In this document: positions 29,602 to 39,890 of the stretch, piece after piece
How the letters are laid out: every line of letters starts with the position of its first letter
Numbering within the stretch: the stretch's first letter is position 1
From: a bacterium
Lineage (GTDB): Bacteria > SAR324 > XYD2-FULL-50-16 > G965216635
NCBI GenBank assembly: GCA_965216635.1
Contig: OZ244188.1
Location: 1,312,001-1,376,000, forward strand
Length of the DNA stretch: 64,000 nucleotides
Direction of reading: 5' to 3'
Notes under the pieces: generated by a model
What the model saw: only the letters and a program-made list of their open reading frames with translations
Told to the model about the DNA's origin: nothing
Database searches by the model: none
Position numbers and translations under genes: made by a program

Positions 29602-30813
29602 TTACCAATATAAAGAACGAACAAAAGCCAAATTTTCCTTGTTTTTTACTGGTATAAATCTATCCCGAGGCACTTGAATAATCTTTGCTTTTGCAAAATT
29701 AGAAACGGCAGAAACAATCGTATTTTCTAGTTGTAAAATATTTTGGGACTGTTTTTTTAGAGAGGTGGTTTCTTTCCAATTTGCAATGCAGTCTAGTTGC
29801 CACGAGTTAGAAAGTAGAGCTTTCTGTAAGGCTAAAAGATCAATCCAGAGGTTGTTGGTGTTGAAGACAGTGAGATTCAGTTTTTTTTGTTCATTGCGAG
29901 GAATTGTTTCTAGTTCTGCGGATTCTAAAAGTTTTATTTTTTTTTTGTAGAGCAAAAGAGAGCCTCCTTTAGAGTCTTGTTTTGTTTTTTTAACTGCTTC
30001 TATAAGAAAAGGGCAGTTTTGTTTTGCTATAAAATTCAAAATTTTCAAATCTAGTCTTGCGCCTAGGTTATCTATATTGGCTATAAAAATATATTTTTTT
30101 CCTTGATTTATAAAATTTTCTAATAAGCCAGATTGTTGAAATTTTAAAAAAAAATCTCCGTGTCCCGGTGGGTAGTAAGCCTGCTCTCCAAATTCTTTGC
30201 AATCCAAAGGAGCGAATGTTTTGCCCAATAAATCACCAGCTAAACCACCAGCTAAACCACCAGCTAAATCACCAGCTAAACTGTTTGTTAAATTGCTTAT
30301 TAAACTATGGGAGGTAAGACGAGGGTAGCAATTTTGTTGAAAACTGTAAATTTTTAAATCTTTATATTTCTTAATAGCTTTGGTTGTAGCTTGGTGGGTG
30401 TGAAAACTATTCATCAAAACAAAGGGTATTTTTACTTTAAATTCTTCTTGAAAAGACTTTAGCTGTTCTACTGCCAGATCCAAAAAATTTTTTTTTTGTT
30501 TTATTATGACGCTAAATTTTGGAGCAGATAACCCTAGTGTTGTGCCTAAACCCCCGTTCAAACGGCAGACTACAATCTGCTTCAGCAACGGTTTCGCTTT
30601 TTCAGGCTGTTCTAATTTGCTATATTCTAGTGTTGGAGCTTCAGCAAATTCTTGACTGGTAAAATTATTACTGGCAGAATCGTTTTCTTGCAGAGATTTT
30701 AGATATTCTAGGTAAAGTTTTAAAAAACCCTCCCTATCTTTGATTTTACTGCCTTTTAATGCTGTTCTTAATTTTTCTACTTTTTTTTTTATGGTTTGCA
30801 TGTCTACTTTCAT
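29602..30813 (-). CDS. UTP--glucose-1-phosphate uridylyltransferase, UDPGP (eukaryote-type) family
   Basis: LNGGLGT.LG...PK, LMNSF, PPGHGD, NIDNLG, FNTNN, RFIPVK; 12-bp LAG[D/G] repeat insertion. Confidence 0.88.
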   Translation of the reverse strand: MKVDMQTIKKKVEKLRTALKGSKIKDREGFLKLYLEYLKSLQENDSASNNFTSQEFAEAPTLEYSKLEQPEKAKPLLKQIVVCRLNGGLGTTLGLSAPKFSVIIKQKKNFLDLAVEQLKSFQEEFKVKIPFVLMNSFHTHQATTKAIKKYKDLKIYSFQQNCYPRLTSHSLISNLTNSLAGDLAGGLAGGLAGDLLGKTFAPLDCKEFGEQAYYPPGHGDFFLKFQQSGLLENFINQGKKYIFIANIDNLGARLDLKILNFIAKQNCPFLIEAVKKTKQDSKGGSLLLYKKKIKLLESAELETIPRNEQKKLNLTVFNTNNLWIDLLALQKALLSNSWQLDCIANWKETTSLKKQSQNILQLENTIVSAVSNFAKAKIIQVPRDRFIPVKNKENLAFVRSLYW

Positions 30814-30820
30814 ATTTCCA

Positions 30821-30965
30821 TGAGACTATTGAATTAGACATTCTAGTTCAGCTATACTGCGTTGCTCGAATTTTTTATTACTCAAAATACTTCAGTATTC
30901 CTCTTGGGTAAAAAATTTTCGCGCCTTGTCTAGCTTTCCTATAATGCTAAAGTTCAACAGTCTCT
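30821..30965. mobile_element. MITE-like copy, second end subtype
   Basis: TGAGACTATTGAATTAGACATT ... AATGCTAAAGTTCAACAGTCTC. Confidence 0.7.
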
Positions 30966-30972
30966 CCATCTA

Positions 30973-33303
30973 TTAAAATTGGTTTTTAAGTTGAAAATCT
31001 AAACTAATCCCTCTATCTAATGTGCTGTTTTCTGGTTCAGTAGCAAGGATTACTTTTTCATACAGAGAAATTTTGGCTATTGTGCAACAATCATTATAAA
31101 CAAACCCAAAAGTAATTTTGTCTATACCCTTGCCTATTACTTGAGATTTAAAAGGATAGCGTTTCTGATCTATCAAACTATTTCTTTCTAGCAAAAGAGA
31201 AGAAGACCAATATTTTCCCAAACTTTTTTTGATAGAAATAGTGAGTTCGTTTTTTTTGTGAAAGTCTTCGTTGTTAAAGTTGGTGTAGTCTCTAATATTC
31301 TTATGAAAAGAGGCTGTAAAACTGTTTCTATTTTTTGAATAACGGGCTTGGAAAAGATGCTCTAAATCTTTGCGAGCATGACTATCATAACGGGTAAAAT
31401 AAGAAAAATGTAAATTTTTTGTCGCCAGCCATTTTGTCTTTAAATGAATAGGCATGATTGCTTTTTCTAAAGATAAAGCATTTTCTCTTTCTATAGGAGG
31501 GATGTAGCTACCGTTTCTACTTTCTATATCTTCTGTGGTATGGTTGGGGTCTAGGTCGTAGACTACAGAAAGTTCTAAAAAAAATTGTTTTTCTGTTTTT
31601 CGGTGTTTTTGAAAATCCCAAAGCAAAGAAAATTGGGCTATATTTTTTGCAAGTATTGTATCATGGGAATCAAAAAGAGTATCACCTTTCACCGCATAAT
31701 AGTTGTCTTTTGTTGGATCAGCCAGTAGCTCTTTTGTATTTTGTTGTGGGATTTTTTGATAGCTAATTTTAGGCTGAAACCGCCATTTGCCTGTTTTATT
31801 GAACTTTTCAAAATTCAGTCCTGTATCTAAAACAAAACTAGGGTAGGTTTCTACAGAAAAATTTAGGTCTGTATCTGTAGAGGTGTCATTTGCTTGGTAA
31901 TTTTTTCGAACAAACTCAAGGCTAGGATAAAAAAAAAAATAAGAATTTCCTAAAACCAATTGATTTTTTAAACGGGTAGTCAATCTTTCTCCAGTCCAAC
32001 TTTTTCCGGTCCAACTTCCTAAAACAACTCCTTCTTGTCCGCTTAAAAAAGCATCATCTGACGCAAACATTTCCCATTGGCTTTGAAAATCTATTTCAAA
32101 ATAAGGTGCAAAAAAATGAGATTGCTGAAAACTTGTTTTTAAATATTTTCTTTCACTAAAATCTGTATCCAAGCGAGAACCCGCAAGTTTGTTTTCTTTG
32201 GTTATAAAATCAAAATTTCTTTGTGTTTCCATCGTGATTTTACCACCTTTCCAATGATAACCTAGTTGGATGTTATCTTCTCTTGCTTGAGAAGAATTTA
32301 AAGGATAGGTCTTATCAGTAAAATAATTTTCTTTTACTTCGCTATCAGATTGCTTAGCGGATTCTATAAAAATATCTCCGTTTTTTAAAAAATGATTTCT
32401 ATGAAAAAGGCTAGCAAAATATCTTTGCGGGAAAAATGCTTCCTCTCTAGGTTGGACGCTTTCCTTAAGATACCAAAATCTAAATTCTGTTTCTCTATTT
32501 TTCTTGCCAAGATTATGAAGTTCATTGTCTAACCCTAACCCTCTAGTTTGTAGATAATCTAAAGTCAAGGTGTAGTCTGTATGTGGAGATAGATTAAAAA
32601 AATATGGAATTTGTAGTCTCAAACCGTATTCATTTTCCGAATCTCCAGCTCTATAAGAAAAACTGGGAGGAAGAACGCCACTTTTTCTACCTAAAACAGT
32701 GGGCCAAGCAAAGATAGGAAAATAAAGGATGGGAATCTTTCTCAAATAAAAAAGACTATGCCTGCCAGATGCAAAATTATCTACCCTATAAGTAGTTTTT
32801 TGAAAAAAAATCTCCCAAGTTTTATTTGTTTTTTCGCTTACTTCTCCAGCTGTTTTTTCGTTTGTTTTTTCACCTATTTGGCAGCTAGTAAAAAATGCAT
32901 TTTCTAACTCGTATACTGCGGTTTCTTTTTGCTGAATTTTAGAGGCTTGTATTTCTAGTTGATTTTTCACATCTTGAATCAGACCATTTTCTATTTTGAA
33001 AAAACCAGTTTTGGTGTCTGCTTCCATTTCTTCCGCCGTGATTTTTAAGGATTGATTTTGAATCTCTACAGCACCTTGGAGTAGTATTTTTTTTTGTTTT
33101 GGAAAGTGAAAAATTCGTTCAGCTTTCATATTCCAACTTCCAGCTTCTGTTTGTAAGTTAAGTTGGGCGTTTTTATAGACAATATTGTTATTTTTAAGAA
33201 CAATTTCCCCAGCGAGTAATTTTAAAGAAACTTCGGCTTTAAGGGTAGGACAAAAAAAGAAGAGGTAAAAAAACAGCAAAAAACTTCTGTGAAAGAATTT
33301 CAT
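30973..33303 (-). CDS. lptD: LPS-assembly protein LptD-like
   Basis: FTSC, IPILYFP, RKSGVL.P, IPYFFN, YNDCC near the C-terminus. Confidence 0.8.
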   Translation of the reverse strand: MKFFHRSFLLFFYLFFFCPTLKAEVSLKLLAGEIVLKNNNIVYKNAQLNLQTEAGSWNMKAERIFHFPKQKKILLQGAVEIQNQSLKITAEEMEADTKTGFFKIENGLIQDVKNQLEIQASKIQQKETAVYELENAFFTSCQIGEKTNEKTAGEVSEKTNKTWEIFFQKTTYRVDNFASGRHSLFYLRKIPILYFPIFAWPTVLGRKSGVLPPSFSYRAGDSENEYGLRLQIPYFFNLSPHTDYTLTLDYLQTRGLGLDNELHNLGKKNRETEFRFWYLKESVQPREEAFFPQRYFASLFHRNHFLKNGDIFIESAKQSDSEVKENYFTDKTYPLNSSQAREDNIQLGYHWKGGKITMETQRNFDFITKENKLAGSRLDTDFSERKYLKTSFQQSHFFAPYFEIDFQSQWEMFASDDAFLSGQEGVVLGSWTGKSWTGERLTTRLKNQLVLGNSYFFFYPSLEFVRKNYQANDTSTDTDLNFSVETYPSFVLDTGLNFEKFNKTGKWRFQPKISYQKIPQQNTKELLADPTKDNYYAVKGDTLFDSHDTILAKNIAQFSLLWDFQKHRKTEKQFFLELSVVYDLDPNHTTEDIESRNGSYIPPIERENALSLEKAIMPIHLKTKWLATKNLHFSYFTRYDSHARKDLEHLFQARYSKNRNSFTASFHKNIRDYTNFNNEDFHKKNELTISIKKSLGKYWSSSLLLERNSLIDQKRYPFKSQVIGKGIDKITFGFVYNDCCTIAKISLYEKVILATEPENSTLDRGISLDFQLKNQF

Positions 33304-33327
33304 TGGTGAGCTAGCTTGGCTACAAAT

Positions 33328-34002
33328 TTAATCGCCGAAAGATTTTTTAAAGTTTTTTAAAATAACTTGAAACAAAGCTTCTCCTTTTTTTGTTTGTTTT
33401 TCTTGACTAGGAATATCAGAAAATTGATGAAAATTATCACCGAACCATACAAGTCGCCCAGCCTTCAAATCTATGACACTCAGTCTTAAATAAAGTAAAT
33501 TTTCTTCTTCGCATTCTTCGCAAGCCCAAAATAAAATTTGAGGAACCAGCAAAACATCAAATTTAGTTTGTGTATAAAAAGCACTACTTAAATCTTTATT
33601 GATACGAAAAAAAAGCAAAAAGTCTTCTAAAAAAAAATCGGCTTGAGAAAGGAGCTCTAGTTTAATTTTAGAAGGCAGAGTTTCTTCTAAAATCAAGTTT
33701 TTGGCATCGGAAGTTTGAGTAAAAAAATTTGTCCTCCAAAATTTGCTGCTTTGTTGATTGAGCTGTTCTGAAAAATCTTGAATTTCTTTAAACTTTAAAA
33801 GCTCGGTTCTAATAAAAGGAGAAAAAACAAAAATTCTTTTTCCTTCTAAAAAATTTTTCTCTTTTTTGTATTTCAATGGTTTTATTTTTTCTAAACTTTT
33901 TGGACGAACATTTATGTCTAAATCTGCGACCCAAACTTGAGTGGAATTATTCACACAACCAAGTAAAAAAAATATTATAAGTAGGCTAGAAAGTAGTTTC
34001 AT
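33328..34002 (-). CDS. Hypothetical lipoprotein
   Basis: Lipobox LLGC; lies between murG and lptD on the same strand. Confidence 0.6.
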   Translation of the reverse strand: MKLLSSLLIIFFLLGCVNNSTQVWVADLDINVRPKSLEKIKPLKYKKEKNFLEGKRIFVFSPFIRTELLKFKEIQDFSEQLNQQSSKFWRTNFFTQTSDAKNLILEETLPSKIKLELLSQADFFLEDFLLFFRINKDLSSAFYTQTKFDVLLVPQILFWACEECEEENLLYLRLSVIDLKAGRLVWFGDNFHQFSDIPSQEKQTKKGEALFQVILKNFKKSFGD

Positions 34003-34005
34003 TGA

Positions 34006-35121
34006 TTAGTGTTTTTCAAAATAGTTACAAACAGAACGGTAAATTTTCTTCACAGCCTCTCCTTTATAATAAGAATGAGAAATTTTTTCCAGTCTTGCGT
34101 GGTTTTTTTTATCCTCAATTATTTTTTCAATCATCGCAGTTAATTTTTCAGGACAAGCATTTTTTTCTTCTAATAAAAAACAGCCAGCATTTTTTTGCAG
34201 CTGCAATGCGTTTTGTCTCTGATGGTCTCCACTAGCATTAGGAATAGGAATAAGTATACCGATTCTTCCCGCTGCTATCATTTCAAAAACCCCCGCTCCT
34301 GAGCGACAGATAAACAAGTGAGTATTTTTATAAATTTCAACCATTTTGTCAAAAAATGTATTCAAATAACACTCCACACTACTTTGCTGATAAATTTTTT
34401 GAAGTCTTGGGTAGTCTAGCTTTCCTGATTGATGGACTATGCAAATTTTATTTTTGATAGATTCTAAAAAAGGCAGACTTTCTATAATGAGCGAATTGAT
34501 GAAACTAGATCCTTGACTGCCTCCTAGCACTGTAATTTGAAATTTTTTATTTGCTCGGCTCTTATTAATATCTCTATTGTTTTTCCAGAGTGCGTGGATT
34601 TCATTTCTTATAGGGTTGCCTGTCACGACAGCATGTTTGAAAAATCCATTCTTATCAGGATAAACCAAAAAACTCAAAGCCGCATATTTTCCTAAAAAAC
34701 GGTTAGTCATCCCAGGGTGAGCATTTTGTTCTTGAATAAAAAAAGTTTTTCTCAATATTAAACAGGCGAGCAAAAAAGGACCCGAAACATAGCCTCCCAC
34801 TCCTATTACAAAATCAGGTTTCCAAATAAAGATGTAATAAAGTGACTTTAAAATAGCACAAGGAAGCAGGCACAAAGCAACTATTTTTTTAAAAACACCC
34901 ACTCTATAAAGACCTAGCACTGGAAGAAAAAAAAGTGAAAAATCTGTTTTTGCTAAAACTTTTTTTTCTATGCCTCTGCTGGAACCAATAAATCTAATTC
35001 TGCAATGGGGGTGCATTTTATAAAAATACTCAGCAATAGAAATTCCCGGAAAAAGATGTCCGCCTGTTCCTCCGCCAGCGATGACGATGCTTTTGAGCTT
35101 GTGAGTTTTTTTTTTATTCAA
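34006..35121 (-). CDS. murG: MurG N-acetylglucosaminyltransferase
   Basis: GGGTGGH, GGYVS, EQNA.PG.TN, GNPIR, GGSQG, HQ..NA. Confidence 0.95.
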   Translation of the reverse strand: MNKKKTHKLKSIVIAGGGTGGHLFPGISIAEYFYKMHPHCRIRFIGSSRGIEKKVLAKTDFSLFFLPVLGLYRVGVFKKIVALCLLPCAILKSLYYIFIWKPDFVIGVGGYVSGPFLLACLILRKTFFIQEQNAHPGMTNRFLGKYAALSFLVYPDKNGFFKHAVVTGNPIRNEIHALWKNNRDINKSRANKKFQITVLGGSQGSSFINSLIIESLPFLESIKNKICIVHQSGKLDYPRLQKIYQQSSVECYLNTFFDKMVEIYKNTHLFICRSGAGVFEMIAAGRIGILIPIPNASGDHQRQNALQLQKNAGCFLLEEKNACPEKLTAMIEKIIEDKKNHARLEKISHSYYKGEAVKKIYRSVCNYFEKH

Positions 35122-35164
35122 GGTGCCTCTGCAGAATGTTACAAGGTTGCCTCTACAGAATGTC

Positions 35165-36589
35165 CTAAAAACTCAAATGGAAGGAGAGGCTGATGACGAG
35201 TGGTGCTTTTAGTTCGGCATCGGTTTCTGTAGTTGCGGTTGTCTGAGTTTCTGAGGCTCCTGCTGGAATCTGGATTTCGTTTATATATACAGTTCTGCTG
35301 CGGACTTGGGTCACTGGTGTTCTAAGATCATAATCAAACATTTGAGTACTAGGTAAAACAAAATAGCTTGCGGTAATAGATTGTTTGAAACCAAATTGTA
35401 TTAGGGAAACACCAACCACTGCTGAATCGCCGCGGTCAGGAGTCTGCGTTTCTTCAAAAGAGCGTAACACAATGGGAGTAGTATTAACATTAGCAGTAGT
35501 AGTATTATTAGTAGTAACACTGTTTTTTAGAGAAACTCCCGAGATATACTTAGTCAAGCCAAAATTAAGCGATAGGTTGGGGGTTAATTTCTGCTTATAG
35601 CCGATCTGAATCGCGGGACTTGTGGCAGAGCCGCTGGCGGATCCATTGGTAAGCTTCATACTCGCTAGACCGCCTCCTACAAAAAGACCCTCGTTTACAA
35701 AATAATCCGCCATAACTAGCGTATTGGCGAGCTCGTTATCTCCACCTTTGCCAGTGAAGTGAGTCAAGGAGGCTCTCCATTTTTCCCACCTAAAGCCGAA
35801 TTGCAGGCCAATACCAGAAAGTTTATCGCTCTTGCTACTAGTGATTGCTGTTGGATCCACAATTACAGCAGTTGGAGTTGGTTCTGAATCGTCAGATACC
35901 CCCTTATAAGCAGAAAGAGTAATAGAGGTTCTATCGGAGGAAAGATCACCGAAAAAGTAAGCGAAACAATAATTAGTGTCATCTCCATCATTTCTTATTC
36001 CCGTAGGAAATAGATTCTGATTACTGTGCACTATCGTGCCAGGTCCATCACTTGTGGTGGTCACACTAGTTCCTTCACCTTTACTTGTGCCTGCATCAAA
36101 AGAATCCAGAGCAACGGTGCCATAACTATAAGTTCTACCATCCGCTGTAACCGATGTGACTCCTGTTTCACAACTCTCTTTCAAAAGAGTTCCTACTCCG
36201 TTATAATGATAATTACCAATAAACGGGGTATTATAAAAAATGGCATCTACGTTGGCGACTATAGAAGTTGCGTCTGAAGAGCCAGTGATTCTATAGCCTG
36301 TTATAGCGTTTGCAGTGGTTGTGATATTTGTGGTGACCTTTTTTGTGCTATCCACTTTAAAACCACTTAGATAGACAAAACCAGCGAAAAATCCCTGCTT
36401 GCTGTTACCATTCGCTTGGGCTTGCAGATTACTGCCTCCAAAAGTAAAGGCACTTCCTATAAGAAGAGCGGGAACAAGAATAGCTGCCAAAAAGAAACGA
36501 ACCAGAGTAAAACGAGCCAAAATAAAACGAGCCAAAACGAAACGAACAGCAAAAGTTTTCTTTAAAACTTGGGAATTTGTGTTTTTCAT
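35165..36589 (-). CDS. Predicted outer-membrane beta-barrel protein with two long Thr/Ser-rich insertions
   Basis: Long signal peptide, amphipathic strands (GIGLQFGFRW, LFVGGGLA, IQIGYK, LSLNFGL), terminal LSFHLSF. Confidence 0.65.
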   Translation of the reverse strand: MKNTNSQVLKKTFAVRFVLARFILARFTLVRFFLAAILVPALLIGSAFTFGGSNLQAQANGNSKQGFFAGFVYLSGFKVDSTKKVTTNITTTANAITGYRITGSSDATSIVANVDAIFYNTPFIGNYHYNGVGTLLKESCETGVTSVTADGRTYSYGTVALDSFDAGTSKGEGTSVTTTSDGPGTIVHSNQNLFPTGIRNDGDDTNYCFAYFFGDLSSDRTSITLSAYKGVSDDSEPTPTAVIVDPTAITSSKSDKLSGIGLQFGFRWEKWRASLTHFTGKGGDNELANTLVMADYFVNEGLFVGGGLASMKLTNGSASGSATSPAIQIGYKQKLTPNLSLNFGLTKYISGVSLKNSVTTNNTTTANVNTTPIVLRSFEETQTPDRGDSAVVGVSLIQFGFKQSITASYFVLPSTQMFDYDLRTPVTQVRSRTVYINEIQIPAGASETQTTATTETDAELKAPLVISLSFHLSF

Positions 36590-36865
36590 AATTATTTGTA
36601 ATGAAAATGTTAGTATTAAATTAAAAATTAGCAGAAAAAAAAAATTTTGTCAAAAGTATTTAGTGCCTATTGGCATCTTTTTATTTTTTCTGACTATTTC
36701 TTATAAAGAATAATTATAAAAAAACACCTTCTTGTCAAGCTATTCTATTGGCTATTGGCAGTTTTTTTTCTGTTTCTAGCTATTTTTTATAAAAAATAAT
36801 AAAACTTGTTTTTTTTGAAAAAATGTTGTATAGTTTAGACAAAATATAATTCAATAGTTTTACTA

Positions 36866-37570
36866 ATGCAAAAACAAACACTTACTATGCAAAAACAAAC
36901 TACCATCAATCCAAAAGAATTTCAAGCAATTGCTTTTCAAGTGCTAGAGTTTTTAAGAAAAGATAAAAGCACAGCCTCTGAGCTTTCAGCAGCTGCTACA
37001 AAAATGGATAAAAGCACAGCCTCTGAGCTTTCAGCAGCTGCTACAAAAATGGATAAAAACGCAGCCTCTAAGCTTTCAGCAGCTGCTACAAAAATGGATA
37101 AAAGCACAGCCTCTGAGCTTTCAGCAGCTGCTACAAAAATGGATAAAAACGCAGATCTTATAGAAAAAATGGGAGAATACAAAAGCGATACTGACTTTAA
37201 AATAGAGAAGCTTCGCACAGATCTTATAGAAAAAATAGAGAATATTCGCACAGATCTTATAGAAAAAATAGCAAATACTGACATAAAAATAGAGAGGATT
37301 CGCACAGATCTTATAGAAAAAATAGAGAATATTCGCACAGATCTTATAGAAAAAATAGCAAATACTGACATAAAAATAGAGAGGATTCGCTCAGATCTTA
37401 TAGAAAAAATGGGAGAATACAAAAGCGATACTGACCTTAAAATAGCAAATATTGACCTTAAAATAGCAAATACTAGAACTGTTTTACTGCAATGGCTTTT
37501 CAGAGCGACTGTAACCAGTATTGGTTTATTATCAGCTATAATATTTGGCTTATTAAAATTTTTTGGTTAG
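36866..37570 (+). CDS. Coiled-coil tandem-repeat protein with C-terminal membrane anchor (DUF1640/Bdr-like)
   Basis: 4 x 45-bp DKSTASELSAAATKM repeats, multiple RTDLIEKI repeats, hydrophobic tail. Confidence 0.7.
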   Translation: MQKQTLTMQKQTTINPKEFQAIAFQVLEFLRKDKSTASELSAAATKMDKSTASELSAAATKMDKNAASKLSAAATKMDKSTASELSAAATKMDKNADLIEKMGEYKSDTDFKIEKLRTDLIEKIENIRTDLIEKIANTDIKIERIRTDLIEKIENIRTDLIEKIANTDIKIERIRSDLIEKMGEYKSDTDLKIANIDLKIANTRTVLLQWLFRATVTSIGLLSAIIFGLLKFFG

Positions 37571-37637
37571 CTTTGCCTAAACGTCACATAACGATAATGC
37601 AAAAATCTTATAGAAGACCACATTCTAAAACTCCAAA

Positions 37638-38999
37638 TTGAAACTAGAATTTTTTATTGCTCTGCGTTATCTAAAAAGTCCTAAAAAATCCCGTTCTATT
37701 TCTTTTATTACAAATATTGCCGTGGTGGGAGTGACCATTGGAGTAGCGGCTTTAATTGTCGTTTTATCTGTAATGAATGGTTTTGAGCAGGATTTAAAAA
37801 AAGCTCTTATAGGAGCAAATGCTCATCTTACGCTATCTGCCTTTGCTAGTGGAGGAAAACAACAGATAGAAAATTCTCCACAAATTATAGAAGATATTCG
37901 GCAATTTACGACAGTAGAACATGTCTCTGCTTATAGCCTAGATCAAGCTTTGATAAGCTCCCGTGATGCCCCTAGTGGCGTTCTTTTGAAAGGGATAGAT
38001 CCACAAATGGAGCTACAGGGAAACAAAATAGGTTCTTTGATTAGAAAAAATCTTTATAAGACAGAAATATCAGACAAAAAACAGACAAAAGCTTCGCAGG
38101 CAAAACACGAAAAAGAAGTAAAAGAAATTTTACAAAATTTGAAAGCACAGCCCAGAAAAATAGGAGATCCTACTGGAAATCTTGCTGGAAATTTTGTTGG
38201 GGAAACATTAGCTGGAATTGTTATCGGAACCGCTTTGGCGAAGAATTTGAATCTGGATTTAAACGACACTTTGACTATTTTGTCTTCTAAACAAAAAATA
38301 TCTCCTTTTGGACAAATACCGCAGCGCAGAAAATTTATAGTAGTAGGTTTTTTTGAAAGTGGTTTGAGCGCTTACGATGAGATTTTTACTTTAATTGACC
38401 TCAAAGAAGCGCAAAAAACTTTTAGACTCAAAAATAATATCAGGGGTTATTCTATCTATTTGCACGATTTAGACGCTGTGAAAAAAACTCAAGATAAACT
38501 CATAAAAAAATTTCCTTTTCCCTATACTGTGACTAGTTGGATAGATGATAATTATAATCTTTTTGCAGTTTTAAAATTAGAGAAATTGGGTTTGGGAGTG
38601 ATTTTATTTTTGATCACACTGGTTGCTTCTTTTAATATCATCAGCTCTTTGGTGATTGTGGTAAATGAAAAAGGCAAAGATATAGCGATTCTTAAAGCTA
38701 TGGGGATGCGTAATTCTTCTATCCGCAATATATTTATAATACAGGGGTTTGTGATCGGTTTTTTAGGATCTCTAGTAGGCTCCCTGTTGGGGCTTTTCAT
38801 TTGTTGGATTTTGGGAAGTTTTTCTGTTATTAAAATTCCACAAGGAGTTTATGTGACCGATAAAATACCTATATTAGTAGATGGGTTTCAAGTAGGATTG
38901 ATTTTATTTCTTTCCTTGCTGGCTTGTTTTTTGGTGACTATTTTTCCTTCAAGAAAAGCGGCACAACTGAACCCTGTAGATGGACTTAGATATGAATAA
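37638..38999 (+). CDS. lolC: Lipoprotein-releasing ABC permease LolC/E
   Basis: IALRYL, GVAALIVVLSVMNGF, FNIISSL...K.KDIAILKAMG. Confidence 0.9.
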   Translation: MKLEFFIALRYLKSPKKSRSISFITNIAVVGVTIGVAALIVVLSVMNGFEQDLKKALIGANAHLTLSAFASGGKQQIENSPQIIEDIRQFTTVEHVSAYSLDQALISSRDAPSGVLLKGIDPQMELQGNKIGSLIRKNLYKTEISDKKQTKASQAKHEKEVKEILQNLKAQPRKIGDPTGNLAGNFVGETLAGIVIGTALAKNLNLDLNDTLTILSSKQKISPFGQIPQRRKFIVVGFFESGLSAYDEIFTLIDLKEAQKTFRLKNNIRGYSIYLHDLDAVKKTQDKLIKKFPFPYTVTSWIDDNYNLFAVLKLEKLGLGVILFLITLVASFNIISSLVIVVNEKGKDIAILKAMGMRNSSIRNIFIIQGFVIGFLGSLVGSLLGLFICWILGSFSVIKIPQGVYVTDKIPILVDGFQVGLILFLSLLACFLVTIFPSRKAAQLNPVDGLRYE

Positions 39000-39684
39000 T
39001 ATTTGTGAGTTGAAATCTGTCTTTAAATCTTACTGGGACGGAGCAGATAAAAAACTCAGTGTGTTAGAAAATATCAACTTAAAAATCAAAGAGCAAAGCC
39101 AGATGGTGATTACCGGCGAATCGGGTTCTGGGAAAAGCACTTTACTTTATCTTTTAGGAGGACTGGATACTGTAGATAGTGGTGAAATTTATTTTCACGA
39201 TAGAAAAATAAATGGGACGAAACTTTGCCAGTGGAGAAGCCGATTTTTAGGGTTTGTTTTTCAATTCCACCACCTACTCCCTGATTTTAGTGCTTTGGAA
39301 AATATCTATTTAGCGGGGATGATTTCGCAATCCAATTCTGTAAAAATAAAACAACAGGCAAGAGAACTGCTGAATTTTATGAATTTAAGTCAAAGAGAAA
39401 ATCATAGACCTTTTCAATTATCAGGAGGGGAACAACAAAGAGTAGCCATAGCTCGTGCTTTGATTAATTCCCCGCAGTTGATTTTAGCGGATGAACCGAC
39501 CGGTAATTTAGATTTTAAAGCGAACGAGCAGGTTTTTGAATTGTTACAAAAGATCTGCAAAGAAAAAAAATCTTCTTTAGTGCTGGTTACTCATAATAGA
39601 GATTTGGTGCAAAAATTTTCTTTACGCTATAACCTTGCCAATGGGGAGCTTAAAAAAGCAAACACCTTCCCTCACAAAAATTAA
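38992..39684 (+). CDS. lolD: Lipoprotein-releasing ABC ATPase
   Basis: GESGSGKST, GFVFQFHHLL, LSGGEQQR, ADEPTGNLD. Confidence 0.9.
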   Translation: MNNICELKSVFKSYWDGADKKLSVLENINLKIKEQSQMVITGESGSGKSTLLYLLGGLDTVDSGEIYFHDRKINGTKLCQWRSRFLGFVFQFHHLLPDFSALENIYLAGMISQSNSVKIKQQARELLNFMNLSQRENHRPFQLSGGEQQRVAIARALINSPQLILADEPTGNLDFKANEQVFELLQKICKEKKSSLVLVTHNRDLVQKFSLRYNLANGELKKANTFPHKN

Positions 39685-39710
39685 AATTGTAAAAAAAAAA
39701 CCACAATAAA

Positions 39711-39890
39711 AAAACTAAACTAAAAAAGCCCCAATAAAAAAGCCATGCGTAAATTTAAAATATCAGCCAAAAAACTAAACTAAAAAAGCCCCAATAAAAA
39801 AGCCATGCGTAAATTTAAAATATCAGCCAAAAAACTAAACTAAAAAAGCCACAATAAAAAAGCCATGCGTAAATTTAAAATATCAGCCAA
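39711..39890 (+). repeat. 60-bp x3 tandem repeat containing the bamA start codon
   Basis: AAAACTAAACTAAAAAAGCC(C/A)CAATAAAAAAGCCATGCGTAAATTTAAAATATCAGCCAA. Confidence 0.92.
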
